A DNA stretch of 64,000 nt, from contig CM035357.1 in assembly GCA_020137815.1 (NCBI GenBank), forward strand, positions 2,852,001 through 2,916,000, read 5' to 3'. This document shows, in pieces, positions 57,580 through 64,000 of the stretch. The DNA comes from Hormiphora californensis. Lineage: Eukaryota; Animalia; Ctenophora. The position numbers and the translations under genes are program-made. Position 1 is the stretch's first letter; every line of letters begins with the position of its first letter. The notes under the pieces were generated by a model. It did not search any database and had not been told where the DNA came from. It was given only the letters and a program-made list of their open reading frames with translations.

Positions 57580-57860
57580 AATCAGTTGTCATGGTAATCA
57601 GTTGTAATGGTAATCAGTTGTCATGGTAATCAGTTGTCATGGTAATCAGTTGTCATGGTAATCAGTTGTCATGGTAATCAGTTGTCATGGTAATCATTTG
57701 TCATGGTAATCAGTTGTCATGGTAATCGGTTGTAATGGTAATCAGTTGTCATGGTAATCAGTTGTCATGGTAATCAGTTGTCATGGTAATCAGTTGTCAT
57801 GGTAATCAGTTGTCATGGTAATCAGTTGTCATGGTAATCAGTTGTCATGGTAATCGGTTG
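57580..57860. repeat. 16-bp tandem repeat (catggtaatcagttgt), ~17 copies
   Basis: Contiguous units with no spacers. Confidence 0.95.
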
Positions 57861-57934
57861 TTAAAGTCTAGCTGTAAGAAATGGAATCAGGGGTTCTGTG
57901 ACACCAGTATAATTATACCTTATCCCCTCCCCAG

Positions 57935-58060
57935 CTACCAGATGGTCGAGTTATCAAGTTGGGAGCTGAGAGGTTTAGTGCCCCAGAGGCTATGTTCCAA
58001 CCTCATCTCCTAGGAAGAGACGAAAACGGAGTTGCTGAGCTCCTTTTCAACACTATTCAG
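57935..58060 (+). CDS. ACTR2: Isolated exon of actin-related protein 2
   Basis: [42 protein letters not shown] bounded by cag/gt; matches Arp2 (LPDGR...ERF.APE..FQPHL...[11 protein letters not shown]). No other Arp2 exons found. Confidence 0.75.
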
Positions 58061-58900
58061 GTAGGTCAACTCCCCTGCAACTTCTTCCTAACTACTACCT
58101 AGCTAGTTTTTTCACCCCTGTCCCCTACCCCTGATTCCATTTCTTACTCCAAGTCCAAACTCTAGCCAACTTCTCCCCTGAATCTCTTACTTATTCCCAA
58201 CTCTCTCTCATAACTCCCATCATCTTTGTCCTCCCAGCCTTTCTATCGAATTCCCTCACTACACTATTATTATATTATATATATATAAGTGATTGACGTC
58301 ACTAGTCTATTTCCACACATATATTCTGTCTGAAATCCCCCCTCCCCCCCCCCCCCATTTCAAACAAAAAAGCCAAGAAAACCAACCATACCCTGGGTTT
58401 CGGAAAAAGTATAAAACGTAGCCCTAAAACTTGGTCGGTCATGCGTCCAGTCGGTCAGGAGTCCGGACACCGTGTGACGAATATGTTCACTATGTTTAGT
58501 GACGATTGTGATTGAAATGAATTGCCTTCAAGGAATTGTATCACGCCCCTCCTGTTAGATGATTTCACAATGATTTTTGAGTGATAGTAATTTAGAGTAG
58601 GCACAGGGCACGTGTATACCTACTGAAGGGATCGTTTCATTAGCAATTGCTATCTTTATAACGAAATAAATAGTACCATTGGTTACGATCAACTACGAAT
58701 TTTAATTTAACTCAACGACACTGCATGCGAACAACACTTTCTTTACCAAACTTTTCTCAACGATTTACTAAAAAGTTTGAATATATCTCAAAACTGACTG
58801 CTTTTAGAAAGATGGTAGTGGCGCAATTCTCAAATCATGCACAGTACTTCTACCGAATATATTTATGTCATATATAAAACATGCATGAGGTCCAGCTGAT

Positions 58901-61900
58901 CTACTTATGAATTGTGTACTGGTTGTTCCACCGACCGGTGGGACTGGACACACTCGACCTTCCTGCCTCATCGAATAATGGTGGTTCAATCGGTTTTGGA
59001 CTTTTGCCAAAGTTTATAAGAGTCAATTCCGGTTCAGCAGTCTCTATTTCAGCCCTGGAAACTGGTCGTGTCCCTCGGTCCTTCAGGACATACCAACTAA
59101 ATAGTACCCCCACACTCACTATTGAAAGGGATGCTATGATTATGATCGCTGTGATTTCCTTATCTTGGAGGAAGTTCGTAGATGGACTGGCCGGGGGTTC
59201 TGTGAGTATTGGAGGAAGGGGAAGTTGGTTGTCACTTGGTGGAGAGGATCCTGGGTCACTAGTCATGATCTGCTGAATCACCCTCGAGAGGAACCTCTTC
59301 TTCAGATATCACCCCACTATTATCACCATCACCACTACCTGTCACCTGACTACGTCACCACCGGGATCAACCGTATTCTGATCACCATCATCATCATCAT
59401 AATCATTATCAGGGACTAAAGTTATCAGTTACCCCCTTCCCTTCTTCTAAGATGTTATCCCAATCAATATCGGGGTATTGCTCCACCTCCACCTAGAGTA
59501 TCATTCCAGTCAATCAACTTCTGTAATTCCTCCTCAAATTCCTCAACAGACGCTTCTCTCCTCCTCCTCCTCTTACTCGGATCATTACAGACAAAGAACC
59601 CGCTCCTGAAGGAAGACCCACCGGCAACATATCTGTTCCCCCCATCAGCAACGTCCTCCGCGTATGTCATATAATCACTTCCGGAGGTGAAGTCGATGTC
59701 ACCAGTGTACTTAAAGTACCCCATCATTTTAGAGCCCTTCTTCGTGGCGCCCGAGCTCAAAGATTGCCCAGCCGTAGTCACAAGAAGGTCAAGGTGGTGT
59801 TGAAGCCGCACATCTGGGGGTCATCATGGTAGCATAGCATGTTCATCTGGGTTACCGGACCAGCCACACGTCTTACCAAGCGTGTTGAGAATGTTGATAA
59901 AGTAGTCTTGGTACCTACTCGGTTTACAACCAGTATACCCCGTGAAGAAAAGTCCCAATCTTGAGAACTGAGTAGTCGATTGAGATTCGTTTGGCGCATG
60001 TCGTCATCGTTTCATTCCAATATCCTGTTAGATAATCACAATACACATAAGCCTTGTCAGCCTCATACGGATAGTAAGCTGTTGTCCTCATCACAGGACA
60101 GTGTCACAGTTTGTCCGGTAGCCCCCTCTGAATATTCCAGAGCTCCATTGTCAGGAGCAGAGAGTGTGGTACATCTCTGATAGACTGTATCCGGGAAATC
60201 AACGGTCCAATCAAGATCATAAGATGGAATCTTAACTGTGATGGTCACGCCAGCAAACCAAGACTTCATCTCCGTCAGCACTGTCAGGGTGAATTTCTCC
60301 TGATCTGCGTTGAAAGAAGTAGGTGATAGTCATTACGCCAGTAGCTATAATCAGCCCGGTAGTTCCCCAGGTATATCCTAATGGATGGGTCACTGTGGAG
60401 GTGGACAGAGAGGGTGAGATTCAGTGGGGACCCTTCAAAGTCATTCCCCTGTGTCCAGGGTGATGGTACCAGTTCCGTAAAGATGTATTTCAGCTACATC
60501 GGACACTAACTGGCCATACATGAACCCGCTATCCATGTGTTGGGGGAAGGTGGTCCGGGCTCTCCAGAGAGTTGGAGTAGACGCAGATACATCATAGATA
60601 CTGATAAAGCTCTTCCATTTCCCGGCAGTATAATCAGCAATACTGATGGTTGCACTCTCAACAGCCGTCACCCATTCACCTGTGGTTGTATTGTAACTCT
60701 GCCATTCTGGCACATAATCCTGCCATTTGAACTTGGTGGTGGTGAAGGTGAATGCAGCATTGTCTCCCATAGTGACTGTAACATTCTGTGGTTGGGACAG
60801 GATTGTCACGACTTCCAAGTCCTGTCTCGGAGGACGTCACCCCACCCACATCACACCAGTAGTCCCCCTCGTGGTCCTCTGTGAGGTCGGTAACAGTGAA
60901 GTTATAGGAGTGAACCACCAGTCCAGTATCGGATACCGTCTGTGAGACAGTGTGAGTAACACCACTCAGATCGGCTCCTGAATCCGTATCAAGTGTCACG
61001 GAAACATCACTCCCACCACTGTAGCTGCAGCTGAAAGTAGCGTTGTTACCCTGAATAGCAGTCATTTCGTCAGCGATAGCAGTACTTGAGAATCCCGCCA
61101 TGATGATACTGCCCCAGTCTGTGCTGAGCCATTCAGTGCTATACTTTGCAATACATCGATACCTCATTTCATCACTTGACTCAACATCGTTTATAGTGTA
61201 CGTTGCCACAACCATCGTCTCATTCCAAACCTTCCTACCGTACTTATATCCCCGATACCCCTCTCGTTGCCATAGCACCTGGGCAGGATTAGTGTCGGAT
61301 ATGACAGGGAAGATACAGGTCATCACGGCAGTGTCCCCCTGGGTTACCGTCATGTTGGCAGGATGCTGGATAACCCCAGCCAGACTATCCTTCAACTCAA
61401 TCACAGTATCTCCATCAGCCGTAATACCATGAACAGTTTGAACAGTACCACAGCTCTTTACATACGCCTCACAGGAATAGTTACCAGCTGAGTCCGAGTT
61501 TAGTGTAAATGTGGTGGTGTAGACACCATTCATATCAACTGCCTTCACCTGGGCATCATTATGTAACATGGTTACAGGAACGTAGATTCCCTCTGGCTCA
61601 CACGTAACAGTCACCAGACTGCCTGTGTAAACATTCTCCGGTTCCTGGGCGAGTGTGACGGTTGCCAAGGTAACGTCAGTGTAGGTTGAGAACTGCTCCC
61701 CCAGTGTAGTGTCACCATAACAATAGTACCTGCCCCCATCTGAAACCTCCGCAGTAGCAGGACCAGTTGCATTGGTAGTCACGGTGGTTCCATCCTGGAA
61801 CTTCCAACTTACAGCAGTTAGAGTCTCTGTAGTCTCATAACTACACGTGATGTCAGCGGACTCGTGGGCGCTTATCAAGGAGCATGCTCCCGTTCCTGTG

Positions 61901-64000
61901 CTCTGCCCCACAGACACGTGGGGGAGGGTTAGGTTTCCTGATATTCCATCAGTGAAGATGAACATGCACGTGTAGGTAGCTCCATCATCTATTGTCAGAT
62001 CTGAAGATTTACTGAGACTCATTTTGTACTGAATGTTCTTGCTGTACTTTCCTCCACTGGATTTTGACTTGGTTGGAGCAATTTTAATCCCGTCCCCTTT
62101 AGTCCAGTAGGCATTTGTCGGGCTAGCCCCTCCTGTGTATGAACAGTCCAAGTACAATGAACTAGATGCTGAGCCATCTCCATCAACAGTAATCGTCTGC
62201 CGTTCATCCACACTACTGGAAACAATCCTGGTTGCCACGGTAACGGATCCAGAAGTTAAATACGTGTTGTCACTGAACTTGAATACTATCTCATAGGTAC
62301 CGTCATTTGCACCCTTACTGCTATCTTCGAGGGAGTAGACCCATGTGAAGTCACCCTGCTGTTCAGGTCCGGTAATGTAATTGTAGATCCTGGACGTCCC
62401 TCTAAGAAGGTAGTTAGACCTGGGTTGTTCCACCGATTTAACCATGACTGTTGTCGACCAATCCTCAGTCCTGATAACGATAGTCCCACTCACCTCCATC
62501 TCTAGAATCCTGACTGTCACCTCGTAACCCTTGGTAACGTTAACACTCCCCAACATGTACACACACTGATATGTCCCGTCATCCGATGGTAGAAGAGACC
62601 CCGTTGAGACCTGACTTGTCATGGAAGAACCAGTCCAGGAGGTCTCCGTAACATTCCATTTAGTGTTATTGATGGGAGCATTGTTCAGCAACCACACCAC
62701 ATCCAGTGGCTCTGAAGTCCCAGCGAAGGAGCATGTCAGGGTCTGAGCCCCACCGGATGAGGTCACGGTGACTGTTTCACCTGACTGTATTACCTCCACG
62801 TCCACCCCCTCACTGGACAATGTTGCTACATACCCTTTAGCTGTGAACGTGACGCTATATTCCCCGTTATCATCAGAGGAAGCATCCTCCTTGCTGATTG
62901 AGATAGTGTAGTTGTGTTTGCTAGTTCTGGAAATGCCTTCCACCCAGCCGTCAGTTGTGGATAGGAGTGATCCATCCCTGTACCAACCCAATGTGTAACT
63001 TTGCCAGTTACTGGAGTAAAGTGTCGCCTCCAGAGTGAGAGTACTTCCATCTACTAGCAACATGGGGGATGGAGATGTGATCGCCACGTGGCCGTACATT
63101 AGAACCATGGACAGGGAGGGATCGTTGGTGTCAGCGTAGGAAAAGGTACATTCGTATACCCCCGGTTCCGAGGTGAAATCAGAGTCTCCCTGGGCTTTGG
63201 TTGTGTAGTTTCACACCCCACGTGTTGCCTACCCAGATCCAGCAGATCCGTTTCTGTCACAGCTCAATCCAGAGGGAAGAGTCCACCCCGCGCTGGTGGG
63301 ATTTCTCCTCACTCTCCACCTTACACCATAACGTGGTAGGTTTGAATTCACTGTAGTACACAGAAGGGATATCGGAGTAGGCGACTCGAACCTGGACAGT
63401 GGACAGATGTGTTTGAAGTTACCGCCGTGATCTGGATATTCAAGTGTGCACGTGTAAATACCATCATCCACCCATGTGCTGTCAGTGGCGACGATGACAT
63501 GATTTCCATCAGAGTCAGTCTTTTGAACACCCGGTAACAGCCCCCGCTCCATCCCAGGCCCAGGTCACAGAATAATCATCTCGATCGGACAGTACCGGCA
63601 CACGTGAGAGTCCATTCAGAGGACACTGACACAAGATTGGACATGGTGGGGATCCGGAACAAGTAGGGATACAGACTCTTTCACCCAGCCGTGGTGTGGT
63701 GTCTTCACCGTGCATATGAACTCTAGTTTCGGGCCCACCACCCCCGCTATAAACTCAATATCAACTTCATAGACCAGTTCCGGTGTGGGGTTGACTGTCC
63801 GGCCATTGATCAGCCATTTGTATGTTGTGATATTGACACTGCTATCCACATTACACGTCAACATGTAAGTTGGCGTCATGACAACCTGCACGGGTCCACC
63901 CAGGATCTCCACGGAAATATGCTCGACGGTGAGGTTAGTCTTGAAAACCTGACCTAGCACCTCCGCGTAACACTCATACACCCCAGACTGTGCACTGCTG
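58901..64000 (-). CDS. Large multi-immunoglobulin-domain single-pass receptor, 5' end outside window, with several frameshifts
   Basis: Repeated Ig motifs (LTC...W...DxGxYxC), a Sushi-like module near 60060-60180, furin-like KRRRRR, Pro/Ser stalk and TM ITAIIIIASLSIVSVGVLFSWYVL, spread over eight ORFs in changing frames. Confidence 0.75.

Noticed and set aside
57580-57860. Possible CRISPR-like arrays (also 47875-48535 and 15940-16490)
   Set aside because: Contiguous tandem units with no unique spacers, no cas genes and a eukaryotic context.

Overview
Eukaryotic, intron-containing and very transposon-rich animal DNA with one 100-N scaffold gap at 15428-15527. From recall, some repeats and one protein domain resemble ctenophore (Pleurobrachia-like) sequence; this is an inference I cannot confirm. 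The centrepiece is a complete, apparently young 15.1-kb Ty3/gypsy LTR retroelement on the minus strand (22164-37283). It has 889-bp LTRs, a TAAT TSD, a tRNA-His-like PBS and a PPT, and lies antisense in an intron of an S-formylglutathione hydrolase (ESD) gene. It carries gag, pol via a -1 U_UUA_AAC frameshift, an F-type envelope with an apparent PAN/Apple domain (intact once a hAT-type insertion is removed), and a fourth, unknown ORF. Both env and ORF4 are preceded by near-identical splice acceptors. Other genes: a 7TM receptor, ShKT proteins, a papain-family protease with C-terminal ShKT exons (partly duplicated across the gap), a tail-anchored ISG20/REXO4-like exonuclease nested in its intron, two small Cys-rich proteins, an orphan Arp2 exon, and a large frameshifted multi-Ig receptor. 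CR1/L2 LINEs, an ORF1-only L2 derivative, and many MITE/foldback elements are also present.
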